NCBI GenBank assembly: GCA_934120675.1
Contig: CAKOUU010000004.1
Location: forward strand, 9,918 to 73,917
DNA length: 64,000 bases
Direction: 5' to 3'
From: an uncultured Clostridia bacterium
GTDB lineage: Bacteria > Bacillota > Clostridia > TANB77 > CAG-508
The notes beneath the pieces were generated by a model, which saw nothing but the letters and a program-made list of their open reading frames with translations, did not search any database and was not told where the DNA came from. Positions 1 to 10,474 of this stretch are shown piece after piece. How positions within the stretch are numbered: the stretch's first letter is position 1; each line of letters starts with the position of its first letter. Both the position numbers and the translations under genes were made by a program.

Positions 1-714
1 ATTATAATATTAATAATAGGCATCTCTGTAGGAATCTATTTTATATTTAAAACCAAAAATAAAAATACTACAACAAAATATTCAGCAAGTAAAACTTCAA
101 CAAATGAAGAGCAAAACAATACATCTATAAGTACTAATACTTTAAATTCAACCCAAAATAATATTGCTGAAAACAATACAGTTAACAATAATCAAAATAA
201 TGTAGATTCCAATGTTACACAAGTCCCAGCAGAACCACCTATAGTAGAGCCACCCAAAGAAGAAACTATTGCATCTTTTACTACAAAAATATATAACAAA
301 GATTCTGCTAGGCAAAATAATATAGCCATTACTACCTCAAAGCTAAATGATACAATTGTAAAAAATGGTTCAAATTTTTCTTTTTGCAATACGGTTGGTC
401 CTGCAACTTCTGCAAAAGGATATCAAGAAGCTGATATATTTGACAAAGATGGTAATAAAAAGAAAGGCCTTGGTGGTGGCAATTGCCAGGTAAGTACTAC
501 ATTATATAATGCAGTTTTAAAAATTTCCAGTTTACAAGTAACCGAAAGACATGAACACAGTAACAAAGTCCCATATATAAAAAACGGAAAAGATGCTGCT
601 GTTGCATATGGTAGTTATGATTTTAAGTTTAAAAATAATTCTGGATTCGATATAAAAATAAAAGCAACTGCTACAGCAAACAATGTAACAATTACTTTAA
701 ATAAAATCTATTAA
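1..714 (+). CDS. VanW domain-containing protein (5' end outside window)
   Basis: Frame 1 is open from the window edge to TAA 712-714. Hydrophobic segment IIILIIGISVGIYFIF and an Asn/Thr-rich linker are followed by the GGGNCQVSTTLYNAVL motif typical of the VanW family. Confidence 0.75.
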   Translation: MIILIIGISVGIYFIFKTKNKNTTTKYSASKTSTNEEQNNTSISTNTLNSTQNNIAENNTVNNNQNNVDSNVTQVPAEPPIVEPPKEETIASFTTKIYNKDSARQNNIAITTSKLNDTIVKNGSNFSFCNTVGPATSAKGYQEADIFDKDGNKKKGLGGGNCQVSTTLYNAVLKISSLQVTERHEHSNKVPYIKNGKDAAVAYGSYDFKFKNNSGFDIKIKATATANNVTITLNKIY

Positions 715-726
715 ATTTATAACCCT

Positions 727-1833
727 CTATTTTCCTACTATAAACGCATTTGGTAAATATCTTTCACCTATAGGAGTAGATGTTTTATTTACAACTTTTC
801 CATTATAATACATTGTAGCAGAAGAGCCTCCATCAAGGTTTGCTGCATTATACGCATTATATCTATTAAAGATATTTTGCATTTCTAACAAATTAGTACC
901 TATACTATATCCCGGTTGTCTACCATCAACTACAACAAATATAAATGTACCATCTTTTCTTTGTCCTATACCCATTCTAGGATGTATTCCACCAGAGTTT
1001 GAATTTTTTATTTGATTATTTCCATTTACAATTAAATATGGTCCAAACTCTATTGCTGATTCTATTCCTGCGTTCATAGCTTGTTGATATGTATACTTTC
1101 CAAGTACTAATTTTTTATCTGTAGATAGTCCAATTAAACTATATTTCGTACTTTTATTTCCATACAACAACTTTTTATTTATAATAGTTGCATCACATAA
1201 TACATTACCTGCTCCAACTCCACCATCATCAGCGAATCCTCCTGCATTTATTCCTGCTATAGCATTGTTGTTTTTAACAATTTCACTCAATTTTGAGCCT
1301 CTATTTGATTTTCTTGCATCTACCAATTTTACCTTTGTTGCATCAGGTATTGTCATTACATATCCAACATAATTTTTTCCTGTTATTTTTTCAACTTTTA
1401 TATCATCATTTGTTTCATTGGTATTTATTTTTATTTCATTTGAATTAGAATCTTCATTATTTTGAACTTCTAACTTACTCATTATTTCTTGTATTTCCTC
1501 ATCTGACAAGAACCATGTTGCTAAATATTGATGGTTCATTGTAGACATTGCTGTAACAACCCATAATTCTTTGTACTTTTGGAATAATGATGTTTTAAAA
1601 AATAGAAATATAAATATTGCAAACAATAAAAATAACGCTATAATTATTTTTATAAATTTAAATATTCTTTGTTTTATAGTTTTCTTTTTCTTATGTTTTC
1701 CTTTTGTTTTTTTATTTTTACTATCTAGTTTAAAATTTTCTTCGTTTATTTGTTCATTTTCTTGTTCTTCATGTAATTTATATTCATTATTTAATATTAC
1801 ATTTGTTACTGTATCTAAATCTTGCTTTTGCAT
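727..1833 (-). CDS. phosphodiester glycosidase family (DUF2233/NAGPA-like) membrane-anchored protein
   Basis: 368-aa ORF with RBS GAGAGGA. Lys-rich N-terminus and one TM helix. C-terminal domain shows GINAGGF...HPRMGIGQ...VVVDGRQ...NLDGGSSATM. Confidence 0.7.
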   Translation of the reverse strand: MQKQDLDTVTNVILNNEYKLHEEQENEQINEENFKLDSKNKKTKGKHKKKKTIKQRIFKFIKIIIALFLLFAIFIFLFFKTSLFQKYKELWVVTAMSTMNHQYLATWFLSDEEIQEIMSKLEVQNNEDSNSNEIKINTNETNDDIKVEKITGKNYVGYVMTIPDATKVKLVDARKSNRGSKLSEIVKNNNAIAGINAGGFADDGGVGAGNVLCDATIINKKLLYGNKSTKYSLIGLSTDKKLVLGKYTYQQAMNAGIESAIEFGPYLIVNGNNQIKNSNSGGIHPRMGIGQRKDGTFIFVVVDGRQPGYSIGTNLLEMQNIFNRYNAYNAANLDGGSSATMYYNGKVVNKTSTPIGERYLPNAFIVGK

Positions 1834-1915
1834 CTTTTTTCCTCTCGTATTTTTATTATTTTAACATTTATTTGCAATATTATAGAAATACTTTCAACAT
1901 TTCTACCTCTGCCAA

Positions 1916-2773
1916 TTAAACATCATCTTTTGATTTTTTTCTAATATTTTTTAAAGTTTTATTAAGCTCTGCACCCAAAAATAATGAATAAAAACAAGAA
2001 TATGTCCACATCATTATTAGCATCAATGTTGTCAAGCTTCCATAAGTTATAGAAAATCCCTTAAAAATATCTAAGTATTTAGAAAATACAAATGATATAA
2101 TATTTAAGGCAAGTGCACCAAATATTGCACCAGGAATCTGGCTTTTAAATGTCACTTTATGTTTTGGCATAAATCTATATAAAAATAAGAATATAATAAA
2201 TGTTGCCAAAATAAATCCTAGTTCTGTTACGACTTGTGAAAAAGTACTAAAATTTTCTAATGCTCCAAAGTGTTGTTGCATCAATGATTTTAAGCTGTTT
2301 CCAAAAACTAATAAGACCATTCCTAACATTATTAAGACAATAAATATTACTGTTTCTATTAATGCCATTATTCTTAAATATATAACTGATTTTTCGCTAT
2401 CTTCTCCTGTATTATATACAGAATGAAGCCCTTTTGTTAATGCAAATAAGCCCTTTCCAGCTGACCATAACGTAAATATAATTGATACTGATATTGTTCC
2501 AATTGATTTTGAATATACTTCTCTTACTATCCCTATTACAAACTCATTCATACTTGATGGTATTATTTTTGAAATTGCATCAAATAATGTCTGTTGTTGT
2601 ATATTTGTATATTGTATCAATGTTATTAGCAATATGACAAATGGTATAAATGATAATATTGTATAATATGAACATTGAGCCGAATATTCACTTATATGGT
2701 CATCTCCACTATTTTTTAAAATCATATTAAATTGTTTCATTCTTTTAGAAATCTTCAATCTTATTTTTTCCAT
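1916..2773 (-). CDS. YihY/BrkB family membrane protein
   Basis: 285-aa multi-TM ORF. N-terminal DHISEYSAQCSYYTILSFIPFVILL pattern is typical of the YihY family. Confidence 0.7.
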   Translation of the reverse strand: MEKIRLKISKRMKQFNMILKNSGDDHISEYSAQCSYYTILSFIPFVILLITLIQYTNIQQQTLFDAISKIIPSSMNEFVIGIVREVYSKSIGTISVSIIFTLWSAGKGLFALTKGLHSVYNTGEDSEKSVIYLRIMALIETVIFIVLIMLGMVLLVFGNSLKSLMQQHFGALENFSTFSQVVTELGFILATFIIFLFLYRFMPKHKVTFKSQIPGAIFGALALNIISFVFSKYLDIFKGFSITYGSLTTLMLIMMWTYSCFYSLFLGAELNKTLKNIRKKSKDDV

Positions 2774-2863
2774 TGTTCTTCCCTTTACTTTTAACTTATT
2801 TTTTCAAAAATCTTTCACAAATCAATTTTTTTAGAAATTTAATAACTTCTATATTATTCTATT

Positions 2864-3688
2864 TTATTTAGTTTCTTTTTTATTCTTTATTTTTGTCTTT
2901 TTAGGTAATTCTTTTAAATCTCCAACTTTATCAATAATTTCTCGTTTTTGCTTATTCATATTTTCTTTGAATTCATCTGTTTGTTCTTCAACTTGTCTTT
3001 TAATTTCTTCTTTTTTTTCTTTAATTTTAATCTTGATTGATTGAACTTTTGGGTATGCTTCTAATAATCTTCTATATAATCCAGATTTGTTTAGTAATGC
3101 CTCTTTTACCTTATTTGTTATTTCTTCAGTATTGTCTAGACTCTTTCCAAATTCTTTTGTTGTTTTTCCAACAAATCTTATAACATTAGTTGAAATTATA
3201 TTATCTAATAAAAATATTGTTAATAATGCTCCTGATATTATATTTAATTCAAGTTCTGGTAATGCTTCAATTTTTCCTATTAAGAATGGATTTGAAACGT
3301 ACATTATAAACATTCCTAATAAACCGAATGGAATTATTGTATTTAAACATACTCTTCCATTTATGTTGAATTTTCTTTGACTATAGTCCCACCATCTTGC
3401 ATGATAAATTTTTTCCATAACATAACTTGTTAAATATTCTAGTGTTCCACATACAAGTATTGCCATTACAAATAGAGCAAATGGATCTGGTACATATTTT
3501 TTTAATAAAAAAGTTATTAATATTGCTCCTGTTCCATATATAGGGCAATATGGTCCTATTAAAAATCCTCTATTTATAAATTTCTTTTTTTCAATTAATT
3601 TTCCTACTACTTCCATACACCATCCTGCAACAGAATATGTTAGAAATAACAAGAAATATACTCTTATATCTATTCCAAATATTACCAT
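2864..3688 (-). CDS. putative ABC-transporter type IV family (PF06541-like) membrane protein
   Basis: 274-aa ORF with GWCMEVV...FINRGFLIGPYCPIYGTGA motif, several TM helices and a Lys/Glu-rich C-terminal tail. Confidence 0.6.
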   Translation of the reverse strand: MVIFGIDIRVYFLLFLTYSVAGWCMEVVGKLIEKKKFINRGFLIGPYCPIYGTGAILITFLLKKYVPDPFALFVMAILVCGTLEYLTSYVMEKIYHARWWDYSQRKFNINGRVCLNTIIPFGLLGMFIMYVSNPFLIGKIEALPELELNIISGALLTIFLLDNIISTNVIRFVGKTTKEFGKSLDNTEEITNKVKEALLNKSGLYRRLLEAYPKVQSIKIKIKEKKEEIKRQVEEQTDEFKENMNKQKREIIDKVGDLKELPKKTKIKNKKETK

Positions 3689-3826
3689 TTTCTTTCCTCC
3701 GTTTTATTATAATTTTAAATCTTTATACTTGACAATATTATCAAAGTATTAAAAAATTTTAAATCTTTATACTTGATAATAGTATCTAAGTATTAAAAAT
3801 TTTAAATTTCATATGCAATATAATTA

Positions 3827-5885
3827 TTATATCTCGATTCTATCTGTAAATTTGTTTTTAACTGATATTTTTAATAACCTATTTTCTTCTTTTTCTAATT
3901 TAGGGTCTTTATTTACAATTTTTACTGCTGCTTCCTGAGCCAATTTTAAAATATCCATGTCTGTAAACAAATTAGCAATTTTAAAATCTGGAATACCATG
4001 TTGCATTGTACCAAAGAAATCTCCTGAACCTCTTAGTTCCAAGTCCTTTTGAGAAATAAGGAAACCATCATTAGTTTCACACATAATTTTCATTCTTTCT
4101 TTAGTATTTTGTCCTTTTCCCTTAAATTTTAAAACACAATATGATTTATACTCACCACGGCCAACTCTTCCACGCAACTGATGTAATTGTGCTAATCCAA
4201 ATCTTTCTGCATCTTCAATTACCATTATATTTGCATTTGGAACATCAACACCCACCTCAATTACAGTTGTTGAAATAAGTATATCTATTTCCTTGTTTTT
4301 GAATCTTTCCATTATTTCGTCTTTTTCTTTTGGTCTCATTTTTCCATGTATATATTCGACTCTGTAATCAGGGAATGTCTCTTCTTTACATTTTTCATAT
4401 AATGATGTAACTGCTTTTAAATCTGTGTCCTCTTCTTCACTTTCTTCAACCAATGGACAAACAATATAGGCCTGTCTACCTTCGTCAATTTGTTTTTTTA
4501 TAAAATTATTGATTCTTTCTTCCATTCTATTTGTAACTGCAAATGTCTCTATTGTCTTTCTATTTGGTGGAAGTTCGTCAATTATTGATATGTCCAAGTC
4601 ACCATATAAAATTAATGCAAGTGTTCTTGGAATTGGTGTTGCAGACATAACTAAAACATCTGGATTTTGGCCTTTTTGTGCAATTTTTGTTCTTTGCTTT
4701 ACTCCAAATCTATGTTGCTCATCTGTAACAACTAGACCCAAATTTTTAAATTCTACATTTTCTTCTAGCATTGCATGTGTCCCAATTAATATATCAATTT
4801 CACCATTTTTCAAACGTTCTAAAATATCTTCTTTTTTCTTTTTGCTGATACCTGATATTAATAATTCACATTTTATATCAAATTGATTTAGCATTTTTTC
4901 AAAGTTAACCATATGTTGTGTTGCAAGTATTGCTGTTGGTGCTAAAATCGCTGCTTGATATCCAGATTTTACGGCTTTGTATGCAGAAATCATTGCAACA
5001 ACTGTTTTTCCAGAGCCAACATCACCTTGTAAAAGCCTATTCATTGATTTTTCTGATTCCATATTTTCATCAATTTCTTGTAACACTCTTAATTGTGCTT
5101 TTGTTAATTTGAATGGCAATGTGTTTATTACATCTGACATCTTTACATTTTTGTCAAACGTAATTCCCTTTTTATCTGTTAAATTATTATTTTTTAATTG
5201 AAGTAATGCCAATTGAGTTGTTAGCAATTCTTCAAAAACTAATCTTCTTCTTGCCTTTTTAAAGTCCTCAAAATCATGTGGAAAATGTATATCATAATTT
5301 GCCTTGTTTGCATTTTCTAATTTGTATTCATTTAATATATAATCTGGTAAAGTCTCTGGCAAACCACCTTGTTCCTTGACTTTTTGTAATCCGTTTTCAA
5401 TTATTTTTCTTAAAGTATTTTGGGTTAAACTATATGTCAATGGATAAATTGGTATTATTTTTCCAGTATTATTTGAATTTTCTATCTCGTCAAATACAGG
5501 GGAATTCATGCTTATTTTTCCATATTGAAACTCAACTTTTCCATAAAATCTGTATTTTTTTCCGTATTTGGAATTTTGATTTTAGGTATGGTTGATTGAA
5601 CCATGTTATTACTGCTTGTCCTGTTTCGTCAATAACTGCAAGCCTTTGTATTGTTCTGCCTTTACTTATTCTACTATCTACTAGTCTTGACATTGCTACT
5701 GCTTCTATTAATGCAACTTCTCCATTTGCACATTCACATATATTTTTCGGCTTACTTCTGTCTTCATATCCTCTAGGATAATATGTAATTAAATCTTCAA
5801 CATTGAATATTCCTATCTTATTTAGGAGTTTTACCTTTTGCGGTCCTACTCCTTTTATATATTTTACATCTTCTGTTAAATTCAT
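3827..5885 (-). pseudogene. recG: ATP-dependent DNA helicase RecG, interrupted by a +1 frameshift (or needs +1 recoding)
   Basis: The wedge-domain ORF 5532-5885 and the helicase ORF 3827-5509 (GDVGSGKT, DEQHRFG, QLHQLRGRVGRG) are in different frames. Skipping the C of CGG (plus-strand g5564) gives a continuous KFQI-GKKYRFYGKVEFQYGKISMNSPVFD. Confidence 0.85.
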
Positions 5886-5902
5886 TTTTTATCTCCATTT
5901 TT

Positions 5903-5972
5903 TAGGGATTGGGGGACGGGTCTTTAATCCCTAAAAATTTTTCGGGATTAAAGACCCGTCCCCCAATCCCTA
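5903..5972. repeat. perfect 29-bp inverted repeat (70-bp hairpin), two inverted copies of the GGGATT...AATCCC unit
   Basis: The left arm tagggattgggggacgggtctttaatccc (5903-5931) is the exact reverse complement of the right arm (5944-5972), with a 12-nt loop. It sits between the phosphoesterase stop and the recG RBS. Confidence 0.9.
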
Positions 5973-5976
5973 ATTT

Positions 5977-6669
5977 TTATATTTTCAATAATTTGAAATC
6001 AAGACCATCACTACTTACTAATTTATATTCGATTCCATCAATATTTCCTTCTACTGCATCTTGTATTGAATTTGCATGTAGATGCCCATAATAGCATCTT
6101 TTTATATTATATTTTTTCAAAAGTCTAGTGTAATCTGTATTCATATAATTTTTTGTTAGCGGTGGATAATGCATAAACACTATGATTTTTTTATCTTCTC
6201 CATATTTTGATATTCCATCTTGTATTGATAATTCTAATCTTGCAACTTCTCTTTTCGTTAATCTAATATCCTCTTGGTCTTCTGATATATTCCATCCCTT
6301 TGTCCCTGCTATTATTTTATTTTCGAATTCATAACTGTTATTATACAAAAAATCTATGTTTTCAAAGTCTTGTTCTTGTATGTATCTTCTCATACTTGTT
6401 ACTGTTGTCCACCAGTAGTCATGATTTCCTTTTAATAAGATTTTTTGTCCTGGTAAATTGTTTATAAATTCAAAATCTTTGTCTGTTTCATCTAAGTACA
6501 TTGCCCACGAAAAGTCTCCTGGCAATATTACCATATCTTCTGGTTTTACTTTTGATAGCCAGTCTTGTTTGATTTTTTCTTCATATTTTTGCCAATTTTC
6601 CCCAAATATGTCCATTGGTTTATTTGTGTTGAATGATAAGTGTAGGTCTCCTATTACATATATTGCCAC
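5977..6669 (-). CDS. metallophosphoesterase family protein
   Basis: 230-aa ORF with a GTG start after RBS GGAAAGGAAG. Motifs GDLHLS, PGDFSW, GNHDYWW and HYPP are typical of calcineurin-like phosphoesterases. Confidence 0.75.
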   Translation of the reverse strand: MAIYVIGDLHLSFNTNKPMDIFGENWQKYEEKIKQDWLSKVKPEDMVILPGDFSWAMYLDETDKDFEFINNLPGQKILLKGNHDYWWTTVTSMRRYIQEQDFENIDFLYNNSYEFENKIIAGTKGWNISEDQEDIRLTKREVARLELSIQDGISKYGEDKKIIVFMHYPPLTKNYMNTDYTRLLKKYNIKRCYYGHLHANSIQDAVEGNIDGIEYKLVSSDGLDFKLLKI

Positions 6670-6820
6670 TATTTCACTTCCTTTCCTTATGTCATATAAA
6701 AGTTTTATATATTATTATTTTATGTTGCTAAATATTTTTATTTATTTTACTCGTCTGTTTTTATTCTTTCTATAGTTTACAATATTTTTCTTTAATTGTC
6801 TATAATTGGTTTTCATAAAG

Positions 6821-6849
6821 TTGCTTTTTTTATAAAAATGTATTATAAT
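6821..6849 (+). promoter_or_regulatory. sigma-A type promoter (TTGCTT-N17-TATAAT)
   Basis: TTGCTT 6821-6826, 17-nt spacer, TATAAT 6844-6849, about 34 nt upstream of the ATG at 6883. RBS AGGAGGGG lies at 6869-6876. Confidence 0.5.
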
Positions 6850-6882
6850 GTATGCATACTAAAAATTTAGGAGGGGCATACT

Positions 6883-7275
6883 ATGGCAAAAGGAGAGGAA
6901 TTAAACGAAGAAGAAATGTTTAAAAAAATTTCCCTTGCATTTCAAAATCACAAAGGAAATGAAAAGTCTCTTGGAGAATATCGGTTGTTAACATTTGACA
7001 CCAGTTATTCTGTAAAAGATTTTACTGATTTAATATTTAATCCAATTTTAGGATTGAATAATGATCTTATTAAGCAAATCTCACTCCGTTCAGCCTCAAG
7101 TAAGGAATGGATAAAGAGAGTGAATCAATTGAAAAAAATCTATTTTTCAATTCGTTCAATCAAAACAGCATCTAATTATAAAAAAGCAATACAAATATCA
7201 ATAGAATTAAGGGGAAATGGAATTGGTAGCAACATTAATGATACAAAACCTTTAATAGTGATAAAATTGTATTAA
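6883..7275 (+). CDS. hypothetical protein (orphan, opposite strand to its neighbours)
   Basis: 130-aa ORF with a strong RBS, near-consensus promoter and downstream hairpin. No recognisable motif. Contains an in-frame CGG at 6982-6984. Confidence 0.55.
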   Translation: MAKGEELNEEEMFKKISLAFQNHKGNEKSLGEYRLLTFDTSYSVKDFTDLIFNPILGLNNDLIKQISLRSASSKEWIKRVNQLKKIYFSIRSIKTASNYKKAIQISIELRGNGIGSNINDTKPLIVIKLY

Positions 7276-7283
7276 ATTTGCCC

Positions 7284-7316
7284 AAAAGTACCAATTTACT
7301 TAAAATTGGTACTTTT
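7284..7316. terminator. bidirectional intrinsic terminator
   Basis: 14-bp stem aaaagtaccaattt / aaattggtactttt flanked by A and T runs, between the convergent genes 6883-7275 (+) and tsaD (-). Confidence 0.7.
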
Positions 7317-7320
7317 CTAT

Positions 7321-8313
7321 TTATAATTTTAAATTAGGAACAGCATTTAAATCCAATTCATCTCTTTTTCCTTTAACAAAATTGTAATATCCTGCTGATG
7401 CTATCATTGCAGCATTGTCTGTACATATTTTTAAATCTGGCATATATACTTTTATGCCTTTTTTCTCCAAATTCAAAAATTCTTTTCTTATATAACTATT
7501 TGCAGAAACTCCACCTGCTAATGCAACTGTTTTTAATCCAGTTTGTTCTAATGCCTTTTCTGCATTTTCTAACAAAATTTCTGTTACCGTTTTTTCGAAA
7601 CTTGCACATAAATCAGCTTTGTTTATATCTGGTGTTTTATGATGTAAATTTATTACTGCTGTTTTTATTCCACTAAAGCTAAAATCTAAATTATCAAAAT
7701 GTGTTTTTGGTAATTCTATTGCATTTGGATTTCCTTCTTTTGCAAGCTTGTCAACTTTTGGGCCTCCTGGATATCCAAGCCCAACAACTCTTGCAACCTT
7801 GTCAAATGCTTCACCAATTGCATCATCTCTTGTTTTTCCTAAAACTTCAAATTCTGTATAATCTTTTACATGTACTAATTGTGTATTTCCACCTGATGTC
7901 ATCACACACAAGAATGGCGGTTTTAGTTCTGGATATGTAATATAATTTGCCGCAATATGTCCTTGAATGTGATTTACTCCAACTAACGGTTTATTTATTG
8001 CAAAACTTAATGCTTTTGCATATGATAGGCCTACTAGTAAAGCTCCTACAAGTCCTGGTCCATATGTAGGAGTAATTGCATCTATATCTTCAAATTTCAC
8101 ATTTGCTTCTTCTAATGCTTTTTTTGTTACTCTTGATATTGCTTCAATATGGTTTCTTGATGCTATTTCTGGAACTACGCCTCCATATTTTTCGTGTATT
8201 GGTATTTGTGTGTCTATTATGTTTGATAAAATTTCTCTTCCGTTTTTGACTACTGATACTGATGTTTCGTCACAACTTGATTCTATCCCTAATGTTAATA
8301 TGTCTTTTTTCAT
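7321..8313 (-). CDS. tsaD: tRNA N6-adenosine threonylcarbamoyltransferase TsaD
   Basis: 330-aa ORF with [10 protein letters not shown], HIxGHI and MTSGGNTQL motifs of the Kae1/TsaD family. Confidence 0.9.
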   Translation of the reverse strand: MKKDILTLGIESSCDETSVSVVKNGREILSNIIDTQIPIHEKYGGVVPEIASRNHIEAISRVTKKALEEANVKFEDIDAITPTYGPGLVGALLVGLSYAKALSFAINKPLVGVNHIQGHIAANYITYPELKPPFLCVMTSGGNTQLVHVKDYTEFEVLGKTRDDAIGEAFDKVARVVGLGYPGGPKVDKLAKEGNPNAIELPKTHFDNLDFSFSGIKTAVINLHHKTPDINKADLCASFEKTVTEILLENAEKALEQTGLKTVALAGGVSANSYIRKEFLNLEKKGIKVYMPDLKICTDNAAMIASAGYYNFVKGKRDELDLNAVPNLKL

Positions 8314-8394
8314 TTTTTATGCTTCCTTTCATTTTGTATTAAAAATATAATATATGTGCCTAAATATCTACTTTAAAACTTTGAAAAAAATAGA

Positions 8395-8421
8395 GGGATT
8401 TTTGTCCTGTCCCCCAATCCC
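8395..8421. terminator. GGGATT...AATCCC family hairpin terminator
   Basis: gggatttttgtcctgtcccccaatccc is flanked by A7 and T7 runs, between the M50 protease stop and the tsaD start. Confidence 0.65.
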
Positions 8422-8427
8422 GTTTTT

Positions 8428-9168
8428 TTATAATCCAAATATTAATTTTCCTAATGCTAAAACTCCTTTTGAAACCCAGTTTATTGCAGGTGTTATTATT
8501 GTACCAGCAATGCCTGTTATCCAAATTAATACAAATACAATATAAAATATTTGCTCATTATTTACAAAAAATTCTTTTGCCTTGTATGGTAAAAATGGCA
8601 TTATTATTTTTGAGCCATCTAGTGGTGGTAATGGTATCAAGTTAAATACACCAAGTCCAATGTTTATTGAAATTGTACTTGATAATAACATTAATATTAC
8701 CATTCCTACAGTTGATGTCATAAAAGCAATTCCTGCAAATTTGTATATTGCACAATATATTAATGTGAATATTATTGCAAGTATAAAGTTCATTAATGGT
8801 CCTGCAAGTGAAACTATTGCTTCTCCTTTTTCCATCGAAATTTTTCTTGTATAATTTCTTGGGTCTACTTCTACTGGTTTTCCCCATCCAAATCCTGCAA
8901 CTAATAGCATTAGTGTTCCTATTGGGTCTAAGTGTGCAAATGGATTTAGACTTAGTCTTCCTTGCCTTTTTGCTGTGTCATCCCCTAGTTTATATGCTGC
9001 ATATCCATGTGCAAATTCATGGAATGTTATTGCTATAAGCACTCCTGGTGCACTTAGTAATAAACCTAATAATTGACCTGGATTTGTTGCATATTGTACT
9101 ACTAAAAAAAACAACATAATTCCAATTATTATATACATTGTTCTTTTGTCAAAATTAAAACTAAACAT
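8428..9168 (-). CDS. site-2 protease family (peptidase M50) membrane metalloprotease
   Basis: HEFAHG (HExxH) and NLIPLPPLDGSKI (NxxPxxxLDG) motifs in a multi-TM protein. ATG 9168 is preferred because it follows RBS AAGGGAG. The ORF track begins at TTG 9198. Confidence 0.8.
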   Translation of the reverse strand: MFSFNFDKRTMYIIIGIMLFFLVVQYATNPGQLLGLLLSAPGVLIAITFHEFAHGYAAYKLGDDTAKRQGRLSLNPFAHLDPIGTLMLLVAGFGWGKPVEVDPRNYTRKISMEKGEAIVSLAGPLMNFILAIIFTLIYCAIYKFAGIAFMTSTVGMVILMLLSSTISINIGLGVFNLIPLPPLDGSKIIMPFLPYKAKEFFVNNEQIFYIVFVLIWITGIAGTIITPAINWVSKGVLALGKLIFGL

Positions 9169-9211
9169 AAAATTCTCCCTTCGTTTACATATCCCCAAAT
9201 ATTTTCACTTA

Positions 9212-9943
9212 TTAATCCACTTCTTCTGATACTTGCTTTATTAACGATTCAAAGTCTGATAATTTTTTATCAAGCCTAACTTGGCATTTTTGAAAAACTT
9301 CAACTAATGCTTCAACATTTCCAGTTGTTTGTGCCTCATATAATGCTTCTCTATATTCCTTATTATATTCATCGTCTATTGCTATTAAATCAACCGAATT
9401 TTCTATACATTGTCTTAATATAATAAATCTTCCTATTCTTCCATTTCCATCTTGAAAAGGATGTATATGTTCAAACTTTTGATGAAAATCAGCAATTGAA
9501 TAAATATCCTTTTTACTTTCTTTCCAGTCTTCTAATAAATTATACATTTTATTTTCTACCAAATGTGGTTCACATAATTTTAAATCTGTTTTTGATAATC
9601 TATTTTCATATTTTTTCCATTTTCCTATATTATCAATTTCGTCATCAACTGTTCCTTTTTTTAGTAGTCTGTGCCATTCCCACAATAAATATTTGTCAAA
9701 AGGTTCTTGCAATGTATTTATAACTACATCAAATAATTCTAATGAATTTTTTGTTTCTATTACATCATCTAAGAAGTGTTCTCCTTTAACCTGTTTTTGT
9801 TCTAGTAAATCTATTAAATTTTCTTTACTAAATGTACTTCCTTCGAGTTTGTTTGAGTGATATAAATATTCTATTTTTATTGCGTCATATACTGAATTTT
9901 TTATTTTTGATAATTTTTGTATTACTTTTACAGATATTTTCAT
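9212..9943 (-). CDS. Fic/DOC family protein, class II-like (N-terminal inhibitory motif)
   Basis: Fic active-site motif HPFQDGNGRIGR. The N-terminal SNKLEG fits the (S/T)xxxE(G/N) inhibitory helix. ATG 9943 is preferred after RBS AGGGGGG. Confidence 0.8.
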   Translation of the reverse strand: MKISVKVIQKLSKIKNSVYDAIKIEYLYHSNKLEGSTFSKENLIDLLEQKQVKGEHFLDDVIETKNSLELFDVVINTLQEPFDKYLLWEWHRLLKKGTVDDEIDNIGKWKKYENRLSKTDLKLCEPHLVENKMYNLLEDWKESKKDIYSIADFHQKFEHIHPFQDGNGRIGRFIILRQCIENSVDLIAIDDEYNKEYREALYEAQTTGNVEALVEVFQKCQVRLDKKLSDFESLIKQVSEEVD

Positions 9944-9962
9944 AATGTTCCCCCCTTTTATC

Positions 9963-10382
9963 TTAGATATCAAATGATTTTACAAATTGTATAATATCAC
10001 TATTCACTTTTTGTATTCTCTCATCATTTTCAAATTCTTTAAAAGAAAACCACTTGTATTTTATATTAAAACACTGAAATTCTTTTTTATTAAATTCTTC
10101 AATATTTTTTAGTATGTTTACTTTATAAAAGAAATGTTGATATTCTTTTTCTATTTTATCACTTTCTGAGAATTTTTTATGTATCTTTTCACTAACAAAT
10201 GATATCTCAACATCTTCCTTCTCAATGTTTAACATTTCTTTTATTTCGTTATAAATTGATTCCATGTCTTCTTTGTTTTTCATTTTACTGTTTAAAAATA
10301 AATAGCAATTCCATTTTTTGTCATAATATTGTAAATATTCATTTTTTTCGTTTTTTATTATGATTATTGAATGTGTGTTCAT
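9963..10382 (-). CDS. hypothetical protein, weakly Nudix-fold-like without a canonical Nudix box
   Basis: 139 aa from ATG 10382 (RBS AGGGAGAA). Pattern IIIKNEKNEYLQYY...WNCYLF...HFFYKV...WFSFKEF. Ends 19 nt before the Fic start. Confidence 0.45.
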   Translation of the reverse strand: MNTHSIIIIKNEKNEYLQYYDKKWNCYLFLNSKMKNKEDMESIYNEIKEMLNIEKEDVEISFVSEKIHKKFSESDKIEKEYQHFFYKVNILKNIEEFNKKEFQCFNIKYKWFSFKEFENDERIQKVNSDIIQFVKSFDI

Positions 10383-10474
10383 AACTTTTCTCCCTTTTGG
10401 TTTATCTTTTGATTTTTTCTTGTTATTATATTTCATACTTTATCATATTTTTGTTAAAATTTCAATTACTATAC

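Noticed and set aside
5909-6091. ORFs 5909-6091(+) and 8354-8545(+) running through the GGGATT...AATCCC hairpins.
   Set aside because: Their N-termini are simply translations of the palindromic terminator elements. The remainder is antisense to real genes, and there is no RBS.
8642-8887. Same-strand alternative-frame ORFs 8642-8887(-) inside the M50 protease gene and 29219-29503(-) inside an ABC-2 permease gene.
   Set aside because: They are fully nested in genes whose main frame carries the family motifs, and their composition is odd (Cys/Asn-rich). They are treated as chance ORFs.
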